A stretch of DNA of 64,000 nt from Eledone cirrhosa (GCA_964016885.1 OZ024746.1:83328001-83392000); one strand, 5' to 3'. Shown: positions 40,211 through 53,888, counted from the stretch's first letter. Notes: generated from the letters alone by a model not told the origin. A program made the numbers and translations.

Positions 40211-40525
40211 CCGACTTCCCACAGGTACAAGCCAAAGCTGAAGCATATAGACAATACCCCCCCCCCCTCCCCCACACTGCAAAGTGGTCGCGGAGGTGCC
40301 ACGGCAAAAGAGCACCCAGCCCACACTGTAAAGTGGGCGTGCAGGCACCACGGAAAAAAGGCACCCAGCACTCACTGTAAATGAGGTTGGTGTTGGGAAG
40401 GGCATCCAGCTGTAGAAGTTATGCCAGAATCAAGACAAGGTTAGCCGACTGGACACTGTCCGCAAAAGGACAACCCATCTAACCAATGCTAGAGTGGAAG
40501 AATGGACGTAAAACGGTGATGATTA
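40211..40525 (+). mobile_element. RTE-tailed non-autonomous retroelement with CCGACTTCCCAC head (related copy ~62746-62902, minus)
   Basis: Shared head sequence in two places; tail GGACGTAAAA..GATGAT. Confidence 0.65.
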
Positions 40526-40714
40526 TATATATATATGTATGTGTGTGTGTGTGTATGAGAAAACAAACCTGGTACACAATATAAAGTAGTTGTCATTAGG
40601 AAGGGCATCCACCCCTAGAAACTATGGCAAAATGGGACATATGAACAAGAGAGTTGTCTGATCTGCCAGTATAGCATCAGCGCCTGACAACCCATCTAAC
40701 CCATGCAAGCATGG

Positions 40715-40820
<106 letters not shown>

Positions 40821-41362
40821 GTTTAACGTCCATCTTCCACGCTAGCATGGGTCTGGACAGGAATTGTCCCACTTGAGGCAAGATTGGTTGTCCTGCTCAG
40901 GACTGTCTGGCGGGTTTTCTACGGCTGGATGCCCTTCCTAATACCAACCACGTTTACAGTGTGGACTGGGAGGTTTTTACCGTGTTACCTACACGGCCAC
41001 ATTACAGCGTGGACTGTGTGTTTTTTTGTCGTGACACCTACACGACCTCATTTATTTAGGACTGGATGTTGTGGTACCAACATAACTTTATATAGAAAGG
41101 GGTGGTGTAGATGGTGGTAGGGGTAGTTGGACGGGGGTGTATTTTGGTTAAGAGGTGCCTACTGACTGTAGGTTTCGCTTTGTACTTAGGCAAGGGGGGG
41201 GGGGGTCTTCTGTATTACTACGTAGCGCCAAAGATCTCGGTCCAGTGACATTGTCTTGGAGAGGTGTAAGTGTGTGAGGTCGGATTTTATCAAGTCATCC
41301 CAGGTTTTTGTGGGTCTGCCTACTCCGTAGCTACCGTCTATTTTGATCGCCCTGCACTTTTT
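40821..41362 (-). mobile_element. 3' end of an RTE LINE (ORF2 C-terminus plus 3' UTR)
   Basis: IKKCRAIKIDGSYGVGRPTKTWDDLIKSDL; closely similar to 56250-56560. Confidence 0.88.
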
Positions 41363-41758
41363 TATATATATATATATTAGAATTCTAAAAGATTGCAATT
41401 CTGGAATATTTAGTTTCAGCAAAGTGCTTAGTAATGAGACTTGAGACATACTACTAAGTTGACCATCAAGCTGGTTTGGGTTGGGTGCTTGGGAGGGGGT
41501 GGCGGTTGGAATTCTACTAATTCACTTTGGCTGGCTAAACAATAGATACAAAGTTTTTACAGACTTACTTTTAATCAGCTAGTAATGTATCAAAATGAAG
41601 GTTAATACAGGAGACAATTACCAAGCCAATCCCCACCCTGATTTTTGTCAAATGTCTTTTTTAATCTATTCTTTACCTAATTGTCCCTTGTTTTTACGGT
41701 ATAAATCTGTTTTATGGTGTTTATATTTGTATAAAAAGCTTCCATTATAATGTTATGC

Positions 41759-41942
41759 GATGGATTGGCAGTATCAGTAGAGAGTCGGACGCCATGCTTT
41801 GAAGCATAGAGTTACGTCCCTTTATGATCTGAGTTCAAATCCCGCCGAGGTTAACTTTGCCTTTCATCCTTACGGGGTCGATAAAATAAAGTACCAGTAA
41901 TGTACTGGTGAATTTACTGGCCTTGTGCCTAAAATAGAAACA
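41759..41942 (+). mobile_element. tRNA-related SINE family 1 with 15-bp TSD
   Basis: GAGTTCAAATCCCGCCGAGG core; TSD ATTATAATGTTATGC at 41744-41758 and 41943-41957. Confidence 0.88.
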
Positions 41943-42194
41943 ATTATAATGTTATGCAAGAACCTTTCTTAAACTATATTCCAAACACCAGTTTAATAAT
42001 GAGAAAATTATATTACTACCCTCTCCTCCAATTTAATATTTTCAAAATTATTTGGAAATCTTAGACAGTATCTTTCTTAAGAAATCTGGTAATGAAAGGG
42101 TTAATTTTATGGACAGCAGGTATACTAAATTCTGGCTGATATTTTTTCTGACATTATGGCTGGTGTATGTCTCCAATTCCTGAATTTTTATTGA

Positions 42195-42583
42195 TACTGC
42201 AGAAGATATGCAAAGGCTGGAGAGAAATGAAGTGAGCATGCTTCAATGGATATGATGTTAATGTGCATGGATGAGCTGAGAGACAAACGTTTATAAGAAG
42301 AATTAAATGTAGTGTGCAAGAGAGATGACTGCACTGGAATGATCATGTTATATGAATAATGATCTTTGGGTGAAGAAGTGTTACGAGCTCCCATTGAAAG
42401 AAAGCTGCAGTAGAGAAAGGCCAAGGAAAACCTTGGCGTTGGTGAGAAATGCAGCTCTCAAAAAGCTGGACCTCCCTGAGAAGATGAATGAATGCAACGA
42501 GTGGAGAGAAGCTGTGCTGAAAAAGACCTGTCTAACCCATGTAAGCATGGGAAAACAGTCATTAAAAAAATGATGATGATGAT
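42195..42583 (+). mobile_element. Degenerate RTE LINE 3' end with (GAT)n tail
   Basis: AEDMQRLERNE... and WVKKC...RERPRKT motifs; ACCCATG..AGCATGG tail. Confidence 0.75.
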
Positions 42584-42683
42584 ATTTTATTGCTGCTGTT
42601 CATACTAGAGTATTGAAATGAATACCAAATGTTGATAGGAACAAGAAGGAAAAGAAGGGTGTAGGTAGATGAGAAGAATAGAA

Positions 42684-42890
42684 GCCCTTTAGCATTCATA
42701 TTACTCTATATTTACTATTGTATTTTCACATAAAAGGCTTAATCTCACATAATATTGAATCTACAAGATTTCTATATTTATTTTGAGAACAATACGTTAA
42801 CGTCAGTATGAGCGGCCAATTACAACCGGTGTGAACAAAGAGGTGAAAGAATTCTGGCCGGGTGCGGCTGATGATTTAAATGCTAATGGG
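42684..42890 (-). mobile_element. piggyBac-like MITE family A copy
   Basis: CCCTTTAGCATT...AAATGCTAATGGG. Confidence 0.75.
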
Positions 42891-43389
42891 TGGGGGAGGA
42901 GGGGGGGGGGGGCTATGTCCATGTCATGTGGTAATCTGGCACTATAAAAACAAAGTATCTTGTTAGTCATTTTGGTGCCACAATAAAAAGTGCCTAGTCC
43001 ACACTGTAATGTGGTTGTCGTTAGGAAGGGCATCCAACTGTAGAAACCTAGCCAAAATAGAGATCTGAATGAGCAAGACATGATCACCTAATGTGAATTG
43101 TCTCATAATATGACAACTCGTTTGACCTATGCAAGTGTGGAAAAATAGGCATTAAACACTGATGACGATGATGATTTCATTGGCAATTGTTGGGACAGAA
43201 ACAGTTACTATTTTGAGATGCTGTAACATCAGTAGGTAAGAATAGTTACATTTAGTCAAGTCATTAGACTGTCATTACTGTTATCAGCATTATCTATTGC
43301 ACTCCACCCATATCATGAGCTACTGACAGGAGACCCAATTCCCTTATCGTCTCTTCTCACATTACAGGATTATATTATGATACATTTGT

Positions 43390-43945
43390 AAAGGGCAGAA
43401 GATTGGTAGTATCAGTAGAGTGTCAGACACAAGACTCAGTGGCATATACTTACAGCCCTCTATGTTCTGATTTCAAATCCCGGTGAGGTTAGTTTTGTCT
43501 GTCATCCTAACAGGTCATTAAATAAAATACCAGTAATGCACTGGGGTCAATTTAATTGACTCTCTCTCTCTCCAAAAAAAATTGTTGGCCTTGTGCCTAT
43601 GTCCTATATCAGAAACCATTATTATAACTTTATATTACGGGGTCGATAAAATAAAGTACCAGTAATGTACTGGGATAATTGCTGGCCTTGTGCCAAAAAG
43701 TAGAAACAATTATTATAACTTTATAAAGGGTGTGGGTTGGCAGTATCGGTAGAACATCAGATACCATACTACACAGCATAGAGTTACAGCCCATTACGTT
43801 CTGAGTTCAAATCCCTCTATGGTTAGCTTTGCCTTTCAACCTTACAGGGTCGATAACTAAAGTACCAGTAAGGCACTGGGGTCAATTTAATCGACTTTCT
43901 CCTCCCACAAAATTGTTGGCCTTGTGCCAATATCAAACCATTATG
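43390..43945 (+). mobile_element. Cluster of three SINE family 1 copies (middle one 5'-truncated, flanked by an ATTATAACTTTATA duplication)
   Basis: Repeated GATAAAATAAAGTACCAGTAA...GGCCTTGTGCC 3' ends. Confidence 0.75.
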
Positions 43946-44019
43946 ATGTATTTGTATTTTATTACCTATTTGTAGTTGTATTCATTGTAGTTCTGGGTTT
44001 TTTCTTGGTATTTCCCTGC

Positions 44020-44325
44020 CCAGAGATCTTACACAATAAAGTGCGTAGCTCAGAGATCAGAGAGTCACTCCAGGTAGAGCCACTACTTCTCCGAATTGAG
44101 AGATCACAGCTCCAATACTATGGGCATGTGGTTAGAATGTCTCAGCAAAAAATCACTGGAGATTTTAGGGCAAAACTAACCGGCAGGAGACCCAGAATTA
44201 GACCCCAAGTAAGATGGGGATCCAGCCGGATCAGTTGGAGATGGTTGCTTCTGACAGGACCTGCTGGAAGGAGTGTTTGAGGACTCTACTCCCACAACAC
44301 TCTCAGGAATAAGTGGGTGAAGAAG
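44020..44325 (+). mobile_element. RTE-type LINE 3' fragment (GAA tail)
   Basis: VRSSEIRESLQVEPLLLRIERSQLQYYGHVVRMSQ...GRRPR. Confidence 0.85.
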
Positions 44326-45166
44326 ATTTCCTTGCCTTGTGAATCAGAGATCCATCCATCAGCTAAAGTATTTTACATTACAATGAGGAAACTCATTGCC
44401 ATTTGTGAGTTTAGGAGAGCGGAGTTGCCATCAAGAAGTTTTCACTCCCACTGTCGAAAGACATTTAGACCCTACCATCATTTTCATGTCACACACTCGG
44501 GAAAGATAGGGACATTTCAACCCCACAATTATAATCATCACTGTTTAATGTCTATTTTCCATGCTTGCATGGATTTGACAGGTTGTCAGGTACTGAGGCT
44601 TGACAGGTCAGATAACCACAACTTACTCATAGGCTTCATATTCATAATTGTATCTCAGTTTCTTTTGACTAGGAATAGGGTCTTATATATGTTTTAGAAG
44701 AGCGCAATTGGATGTTGTAATATTAGCAATGTAAGGTGGAATGGCTTCAACTAGAGTTTGAATATTTCTTGAGTCTGTCATGTTTTCTACAGCAACCTAA
44801 TTCCCATTAGCCATACTATCTGTACCAGGGGTCTTTAACTTGCAGATCATGTCATGAGAGGCAATGAACCTGCTAAAAACATTTTGCTATAGGAGCCCAC
44901 TAATGTGAAACACAGGCACTGAAGACCTCTCAACGCAAAGACAAAGAATTATCTGGTGAATTAATGTTTGATCGTGTAAGATGGAAAGGTTTTAATCACG
45001 TCGGCACAAAGTGGATAAATTTAGTAGTAGCAGTAGCAGCAACCACATTGATGTTTAGTTCTTGTTCAACAACACTCTACACTCATGTTGTCATGATTAC
45101 ATAATCGTGCTTAATTTTTCCCAAATTAATGATAATTATCATAAATGTAGATATCATTTGAAGAAG

Positions 45167-45505
45167 CTGGGCACTTTTTATCATGGCACCTGCACTACCA
45201 CTTCAGTTTGGCTGGGCACTTTTTATCATGGCACCTGAACTACCACTTACAGTGTGGGCTGGGCACTTTTTATCATGGTACTAGCACTACCACTTCAGTG
45301 TGGACTGGGCACTTTTTATCATGGCACCTACATTACCACTTCATAGTGTGGGCTAGGTACTTTTTATCATGGTACCAACATTACCACTTCACAGTGTGGA
45401 CTGGGCACTTTTTATCATGGTACCTGAACTACCACTTCAAAGTGTGGGCTGGGCACTTTTTATCATGGCACCTGAACTACCGCTTCACAGTGTGGGCTGG
45501 GTGCA
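45167..45505. repeat. ~43-bp minisatellite (about 8 units) GCTGGGCACTTTTTATCATGGCACCTGAACTACCACTTCACAGTGTGG derived from a SINE/LINE 3' UTR module
   Basis: Direct tandem units; the same module occurs dispersed (26480, 45970, 50450, 55100). Confidence 0.88.
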
Positions 45506-48500
45506 CTTATTGATGCTACAGCATGGCCTCATTGTGTCATCTACAGCCAGGTTGGGTAGGCAATGATGGAAGTGGGGAAAGTTTGTGGGTTGTAAAGCAA
45601 GCATGGTAATTATAAATACATAAAAAATGTGCATCTCCTAACTCTGAAACACTTATTAGTCTTGGCCCTGATAATTTTAACCTCATTCTTATATAGAAAT
45701 TTAATTAACAAAGTGAAATTTATATATAGTAATGGTCACTTTCATTTATCACAGCTATACAGCATTCTCTGCTAGTTTCCAGGAATGTATTCAGTTTCTT
45801 CATAGTTATCATTATCACACATTGGTTTTCCATGTTGGCATGGGTTGGACGGATTGTCGTATTCTGAGACTAGACAGGTTAGATGATCACATCCTGCTCA
45901 CACATTCCAGTTTGCTATGTTTTCTACAGCCGTATGCATTTTATTGTGGAACCAGCACTGCCACTTTACTGAGTGGGTTGGGTGCTTTTTATCATGACTC
46001 CAATACTACCACTTTACAGGGTAGGCTGGGTGTGTTTTATCATGAGACCAATACTATAACTTTACAAGGTAGACTGGATGCTTTTTACACTTTATAGGGT
46101 ATACTGGATGGTCTTTATCATGACACCAGTACTATCACTTCATAGAGTGCACTGGCTGTATTCCTGTGTACATTAACACTAGGGTGAATTGGGGGGAGTG
46201 AGGAGGAGAGCTTGGCAGAAGTAGTACTGTATGAGTGGAGGCAGCTACATGTTGCTTGCTGAGAGAGCTAACACTTTGGGAGAGAGAGTGAGAGTGTTTT
46301 TTCTGGGTCTTGGCGGTGACCTTCAAAAGAGCAAGGTGATTGGCAGCTCGGTGTGTGGAAAAGTTGGGCAGAAGTAGATCCATAAGATAGGTGGGTACAT
46401 ACAAGACCTAGATATTCCTCTTTGTGTGTAGGCCACATTATATTTAAAAAGCAGATTGGAGAGGGGGATGGGCAAGTCGAAGGTAGGATACTCAAGAAGG
46501 AGTGAAATAGCTTAAATGTTGGTAACTCATCCTCTAAACTACAATCCTCTCCATATTTCATCCTGCTTATGTGGGGCAGGTAGGTCCTTTGTAGTACAGC
46601 AAATCACCAAACAACTCAGTCCTAAAAAATGTTTTTTTTAAGGACATTTTACCTGCTAGAGCCCTATGACCACAATAAGCACCTATATTTTCCCCCCATC
46701 ATCTGTACCCCCCCTCTCTCTCTCTCTCTCTCTCTCAGCAACCCCTTGTCTTTCTTGGTCTTCTCCTTCCTCTACTTCCACATTCATTTGTCATTCCTCT
46801 CACTCAGTGATTTCATCCTTCCTCAACACATGACACAAACATCTTGTTCCATTTCTATTCACAACATTTATGAGGAGTAAAATAAAAATAAAAAAATAAA
46901 AAAAAAAGGAAATATAATAGTCTTTATGCAAAGAAAAAAAAATTTAACATTTTAGGCTGCATCTCACTTAGGTACAGTCTCACATTCTACCGAGTGTACA
47001 GGAGAGGTTGTCATGTCTTTTGACACAACTGAGGGGTCCTCGCAACCCTTTGTTTGACAAGCTTTCTATGGCTGGATGCCCTTCCTATCACTAACCACTT
47101 TACAGCATGTACTGGGTGTGTTTATTGTGTAGATCACCAACACTAGTGAGGCTGTCATGTTTTGACATGATTGAGGAGTCCTCCCAACCCTTTGTTCGAC
47201 AAGCTTTCTACGACTGGATACCCTATCACCAACCACTTTACAGCATGTACACTGGATGTGTTTATCATGTCCTTGACATGACTGAAAGGTCCTCCCTACC
47301 CTTGTTTCACAATGTACCTAAATATTTTTCACTGATCTAATCCAATAAAGTTTTTGTAGTAATATTTCAGTATGCTAATACATTTGGTAAAATTAGAATT
47401 GTATTCACTCTCACTATATCTATTGCTTCTTTACATTTACAATCATCAGCATCGTTTTTATGTTGTCTTTTCCATGTTGCATGGATTGGACAGGACTTTC
47501 TGAGGCAATGTTTTACAGCCAGATGCCCTTCCTGATATCAAACCTCCTTTTAATCCTTTCATGACCATATTTATAATGAAATATACTCAATTAATTAATG
47601 CAGAATTTTGAAGGATTTACTCAAATGATTAATTATTTCATTCCTAATATTATAACTTAACATATGGTTCTTGTATAATATCATGTTGGAAGATGTAAAT
47701 TTATATAGGAATTGTTTGAAATGGGTGGTTTTCTTTCATAGAACAAGGGCCAGTTTTGACTGGGTCGGTATCAAAAGGGTTAATAGCGACTAAAAGGTTT
47801 GTAAAACATTGCTTCAAAAAGTCAACATTAAAATGATAGTGATGATGATCCAAATCTACAACTACACATGCTCATTTTCATTCATATTATTTTCAGAAAA
47901 TATCAATATTTATATATATTCAATATCTGGTTTTCAATATCATAAAATGTTTGTTTTTGTTGTATTTTCTTTCCCCTTTTTTTCTCGTTCTATTATGTCT
48001 TTATTATTAACATTAACTCTCAACATCCTGTAATGATTTGGTAGAAAATGTCTAAAAGTGTATGTTAATTCAAATATTTATTGTAAGTTAGCGGACAGAA
48101 TGTTATGAACTTAATTTGCAGTAAACTAAAAACTATAAATATTAATGTGATGCAGTCAATGCTGTTTTGTGCTTTTCAATAATAATGTCTTGCTAAATAA
48201 TAATGTCTTGCTAAGTTTCATGTGGTACAGGATGTTGAGTTAACCAAAAAAAAAAAACACATTCAACATAATTTATTCAAGACAATCTTCATTGAAATAA
48301 CTTTTGTTATTGTTTAGAATTATATGTCCTTTTGTGAAATAATTCTCAATGAAACATGTTTAATGGAGAATATATTTTCTTGAAATCTTTCATACAACTC
48401 TGATATAGTCTGTACATATATAGGTTAGTGCATGTACACTTGTTAATTGTCTAGTCAACAAAGTATGCTGGTGTGTGAAAGTAAAAAATATATATTGAAC

Positions 48501-49054
48501 AAAATTCATATCCAGTTAATCCAGCATTGAAATTCATATAAAATGTAGGAATCCCAAACTCAGAAAATAACTGTAACCACAGTCGATTACTATTAATAAT
48601 AGCTACTATTAGCAAAGTTAGTTATTTTTTCTGTTTATGATTCCTTCATTTTTTATGAGTTTCATAACTACCTAACGCTTTGATAGCTTATATATATATA
48701 TATATATATATAAATCTATCATTTGCTTCAAGACATAATGAGACCGAATGAATAGCAATATTGTTTTGTTTTTTAACCTACAAGAACAGTTATAACATTT
48801 TTTTTGATTGTTTTCAGCATAAAGATCTCATCAGAGCTGTTTTCTGATGTTTCAAAATTACATAAAAAAGTAGCAGAAACACCATCCTCTTAGAGGGGGA
48901 GTGAATATTGCTAGTATTAATAATGTGTGTGTGTGTTTAATGGCAAAACTACATTTTGGATGTGTAAATGATACAAACTCAAACCAACATATTTGATTTT
49001 TGCAATTTTAATGCAACAACTTTTATTCTCTACAAAACGGTGACACCTACATGA

Positions 49055-49254
49055 TTAACCCATTAGCATTTAAGGCAATCATATCCAGCCTCTTTCTGTT
49101 CCAACTGGCTGTAACCAGCCGCTAATACTGATGTTAAGGTGTTCTCAAAAAAAAATAATATCAAAATCTTATAGATTCAATATTAGGTGAGGTAAAGCCT
49201 TTACTGTGAAAATATAATAGTAGATATAGAGTAATGTAAATGCTAAAGGGTTAA
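49055..49254 (+). mobile_element. piggyBac-like MITE family A copy
   Basis: TTAA at both ends, CCC...GGG termini. Confidence 0.85.
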
Positions 49255-49671
49255 ATCACACCTTACTGACTTCAAACAAGAAGGACACATTAGATACACA
49301 CAGTAAAGAGTTAAACATAGGCAGGATATGAATCAGCTTCTAAAATTGTCTGATGTGTTACACATAGACTTCATTGAAAATTGAAACAGCCCAGCACTTC
49401 CCAATGAGATTTGAAACTGCCGGCTTTTGATTAGAACTTTTGTTTTTGTTTCATTGACTCTCAGATTCTCAGCGGATGTTGTGTAGCAAATCACCATTAT
49501 TGTAAATGTTAAAAAATGCTTTCATAACATCAGAATAATACAAACTTGCGCCAGCATATTTGATTTTGCATTATATTTTATTTAATATGATAAATATATA
49601 ATTAATGTTTACACTAAACATTTTGACATAGGCACACACACACAGATACCAGGACAGACATACAAGCATTG

Positions 49672-49721
<50 letters not shown>

Positions 49722-51420
49722 ATATTTATATACCCACACTCACATACACATAGATAAAATAACTGTTTTTCTCTTCCTTTTGTTACTCTGCTTTCTAAAT
49801 TTATATAGTAATTTTTCAGTTAGCTATAAGGATGTCAGTGTTTCATGGTTAATTCAGGCTTATCTAAGAAAGATAGCTGGATAGCTGGAGAGAGAGAGAA
49901 CTGGTTCAATTATTAACTATTCAGATTTCTAAACACACTACTCCCACTTGTCTTGGACTCTCAGTTATTAGCACTCTTGGAATTTTATTCATGAAATCCC
50001 TTCTACAATGTTAGTGCCAGGGGGCATTTAAAGTTATCAATTTTATCCACATACACTAGCATGGGAAAGTAGGTATAAAAAATGGTGATGATTAAATATA
50101 AAGTACCAAACTAGATGACATTAAATATCTCTACTTTTTTTTTTTCTTTTGATAAAAGGCCTAGCAGTATTCAATCTGGTTCTCTGTACTGTGAGTTCAA
50201 ACCCACCATAGTCAATTTTGCTGTTTTTTCTTTCAAGATCAATAAAAAATAAAAAAAATACCAGTTCAGTACTGTAGTTGAATCATCATCATCATTTAAC
50301 GTCTATTTTCTACACTAGCATGGGTTAGACGAGTTGCCTCGTTGTGAGACAAGCCAGGTCTAATTACCATGACTTGCTCATACAGGACTAGTTTTGGTTT
50401 GGTTTTTACGGCTGGATGCCCTTCCTAATGCCAACCACATTTACAGTGTGTGCTGGGTGCTTTTTGTCATGTCACCTACATGACCACTTTAACAGTGTGG
50501 GCTGGGTGCTTTTTATTGTCACCTACACGACCACTTTACACCTACTTTATATCTCTTTCTCATTTCCACTTTCTCAATTTCCTTCTTTTGAAACCAGTTG
50601 TGCTCTGCCCAGTTGAAAGGATATTCTTCTCCAGATTTAAAATTATCCAAAACACACTATATGTCACTATGGTGCCACTTATGGGTCTATACATATACAC
50701 ATTTTTATCTAATATATTAAAGTGCTATTTCTAACACAACTTAGCAAAAGATTCTTACATACAGGTAGAATCAGTGAAATATAAAGTTGGTTATGTTTAA
50801 ATATCACTGTATTAAGTGGGTTATTATCACCATCACCAATCTCATGGATTGCTTTTATGCTATCCATGGTTAACTAAAAATATATCCATAGTTGGGCTCC
50901 TATCTGTTCCCTTGTAGCTGATTAAACCACAGTGAGATTCGAATGCAGAAAATACTGCAAGGCACCCTAACAATCCTGCCTGTCCACTGTTCCTATTTTC
51001 ATTTTATCGACCTCAGAAAGATACAAAGCAAAGTTAATCTAGGTGGAATTTAAACTCAGAATGTAAATAGCCAGAATAAATGCCCCAAGGTGTTTTGTCT
51101 GGTGCCCTAATGATTCTACAATTTTATTGTCTAATTATATTGACAACAAAAATCTCCTAATTTCCTCCAGTATTTTTCTTTGTTTAGATTTTGCGTATTA
51201 ATTAGTCCCTGGAACAGGGAGTGAGGTGGATTTGCAGAATCATTTGTGCATCAGGTGAAATGCATTGAAATATTTTATGGCCCTCTAGGTTCTGATTTTA
51301 AACCTCTCTGAGGTCAACTTTGCCTTTCATCCTTCCAGGCTGCTGCTGTTGTTGCATTTCCAGTTCATTATCTGATTAGAATTGTGGAAAAAAATCCCAT
51401 TATTACATGATTGATAATGT

Positions 51421-51647
51421 TTAACCCTTTAGCATTCAAACCAGCTGTATCCGGCCAGCATTCTCTCACCTCTTTCTGTTGAAACCAGCCATAACTGGCC
51501 ACTCATACTGACATTAAGGTATTGTTTTCAAAATAAATAACATCAAAATCTCAGATTCAATATTATGTGAGATAATTATGTAGGATAAAGTCTTTACCAC
51601 AAAAATACAATAGTATATAGAGATTAATGTAAATAGTAAAGGGTTAA
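51421..51647 (+). mobile_element. piggyBac-like MITE family A copy
   Basis: TTAACCCTTTAGCATT...AAAGGGTTAA. Confidence 0.85.
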
Positions 51648-52231
51648 GTTGAATTCCAAACATAAGCTTTATAAGCCAATAAATAAATATAACAGTATTT
51701 TACTAAGAATTATTGTTTATTTTTAGAATTGATTAAAACATAGAGACATGTTTATGAAATATCATATTGCCCAGTCCACTTAGCTGTGTGTAGACACCCT
51801 CAACTATTTACCATTCATGGCTTGTAAAAAAATAAAAAGCAAGAGCATAATATAGTAAAGTAGTTTTCTAGTTTTCAATAGGGGGTCCCTGTTAGCTACA
51901 AGAAGGTAATAGTTTCTAAGAGTGCATGACTTTATGGTAATAAATAGGTAATAAATCCAGGATAGATGTTTCATGCACCAATTCCACCATGTAGCAAAGT
52001 TGTATTGTACAGGAAGGATACTAGTTATTAGAAGAGAGTGAATACTTAAAACCCGTAGTATGTAGAGCATAAAGAGAGCTTGAAGACTTTTTCTCAATTC
52101 ATCTACAAGATGGGAAGATGTGTAATTTAATCAGTGAATGTTTCATTATCCTAACTCACATCGGCCACGTTGACGCCAGTGTTGTTATGGTTTAGAGATT
52201 TATAAAACTTGAATATATATATATGTATGTA

Positions 52232-52278
<47 letters not shown>

Positions 52279-53715
52279 TCCAATTTTTTAAACATATTAA
52301 TAATAATAAAGTTTTCTTTCAGTCTAATAGAAGTGTGTGTGTGATACAAAGAAAGCTAGTTTATGATGCATAATTTTGAGGGGAAAAAAATCTTGTGTAT
52401 TACAATTATCTTATTTATGCCAAGGAGATGAGTTTGTTTACGCACGCGCGTGTGTGTGTGTGTATGCACGTGTTTGAGAGAGAGTTAGTGTCTGTCTGTC
52501 TATCTGTGTGTTTAAGAGAGAGTGAGAGCATTTTCACATTGTGACAGCTTTAATTTGACATGATTAATATTTAATTTCTCTTTCTTGGTGTTTTTGTTGT
52601 TCACATTTTATTTTTCAGTGCTTTATAACCATTACTATTACTACTACTATTGCTATTACTACTACTACTCTGGTGGTTCATTTTGGGTTATAATTGTTTT
52701 TTGTTTTATATTTTCAACACCTAAGATTTTGATATTTTTATGCATGTCATAAAACTATTTTATTATTCCTCACTTCACACATCCATTTAGGTTCTCTTTC
52801 TCACACATACACTCTCAATTTGTTAATTCTCATATATTCAATTACATAATATGTGTGGAAACTAATATATAGAAGTCCGATGCCTCTGGTTTCATATAGT
52901 TCCTCATAGTGGTGATAATTCCACAAAGTATAGTACTAGGGTGTGGTAGTTCTTTCTATAAAACATCATGTGAATCTCACTATCATATGCTAGAATGCAG
53001 ATTAGAAAGAAGTGAGATTTCTTTAAAATATTTTTAAGGCAAATTTTAGAGTGTTGTGATAGTTTTATATAAGTATTTTTGCATTGAACGCAAAAATTAA
53101 GTTATGTCTGGTTGCTGTAGGAAGGGGAGCTCTATACTATCATATTTCCGACAGAATTTCATCAAAGAATGAGGAAAGGCTCTGCCCAAATTATTAGCAG
53201 CCGATGACATCTTTTTCTGTCTTTAAGGGTCTTTACCCTATTTAATAGCATCTCCAAGCATGAGCACACCATTCTTTATATTAGATATTTATTCTCCTCA
53301 AAATAACCTAATATACCTGATATTTTGTTTTTACTACAGTAACTCCTGTCAAGAGCAAATCACTATTACTTGTCTTATCAAATTCTTGTGATTTGTTGTT
53401 ATGAGATAAGTCAGTTATTCATTGGTGTTTCAGTAACAAAATGGCCCAGTTCAATAATAGGCTTTCAGGGTGTTTAATTCTTCATCAGTATTCTGGCCCC
53501 TTAGTTACTTTCTCTGTACTCTGGAGGGGTTTTTTCAGGTTGATACCAAACCATCTGAAACTACCCCTGTTTCTATGATACTAAGTTGTTTATTTTAGAA
53601 TATTTATGCCTATCATTTTATGTAAGAATCTTTAAGTTATGTTCTAGACATCAATTTATGAAAACAATGGTTATATAACTGAATCCTCCCAAGTTCTTGA
53701 TTGTTTGAAAAATCA

Positions 53716-53888
53716 GTCATCATCATCATCATCGTTGTCACCATTTAACGTCCCTTTTCCACGCTAGCATCGGTAGGACAAACGGAAATGCTTACAGCAC
53801 CTAGGTTTCCCAAGTGGTCACCCATCTAAGTACTAACTAGGCTCACATTGCTTAAGTTTGGTGATCGGATGAGAACCTGGGTTTTCGG
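53716..53888 (-). mobile_element. 5S rRNA-derived retroposon (SINE3-like): 5'-truncated 5S head (~53788-53888) fused to an RTE-LINE tail ending (GAT)n
   Basis: Minus strand reads GAAAACCCAGGTTCTCATCCGATCACCAAACTTAAGCAATGTGAGCCTAGTTAGTACTTAGATGGGTGACCACTTGGGAAACCTAGGTGCTGTAAGCATT, which resembles metazoan 5S from about nt 20 to the end. It then continues CCGATGCTAGCGTGGAAAAGGGACGTTAAATGGTGACAACGATGATGATG. Confidence 0.85.

Noticed and set aside
46190-46560. Short minus-strand ORFs in a GC-richer patch (possible old LINE end)
   Set aside because: No recognisable motif; cannot be assigned without a search.
48818-48893. Possible HAT1 last exon after TTTTCAG
   Set aside because: The phase-0 reading gives HKDLIRAVF-stop, with no convincing HAT1 similarity.
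53788-53888. Functional 5S rRNA gene
   Set aside because: Lacks about the first 20 nt, has substitutions and no oligo-T terminator, and is fused to a LINE tail.
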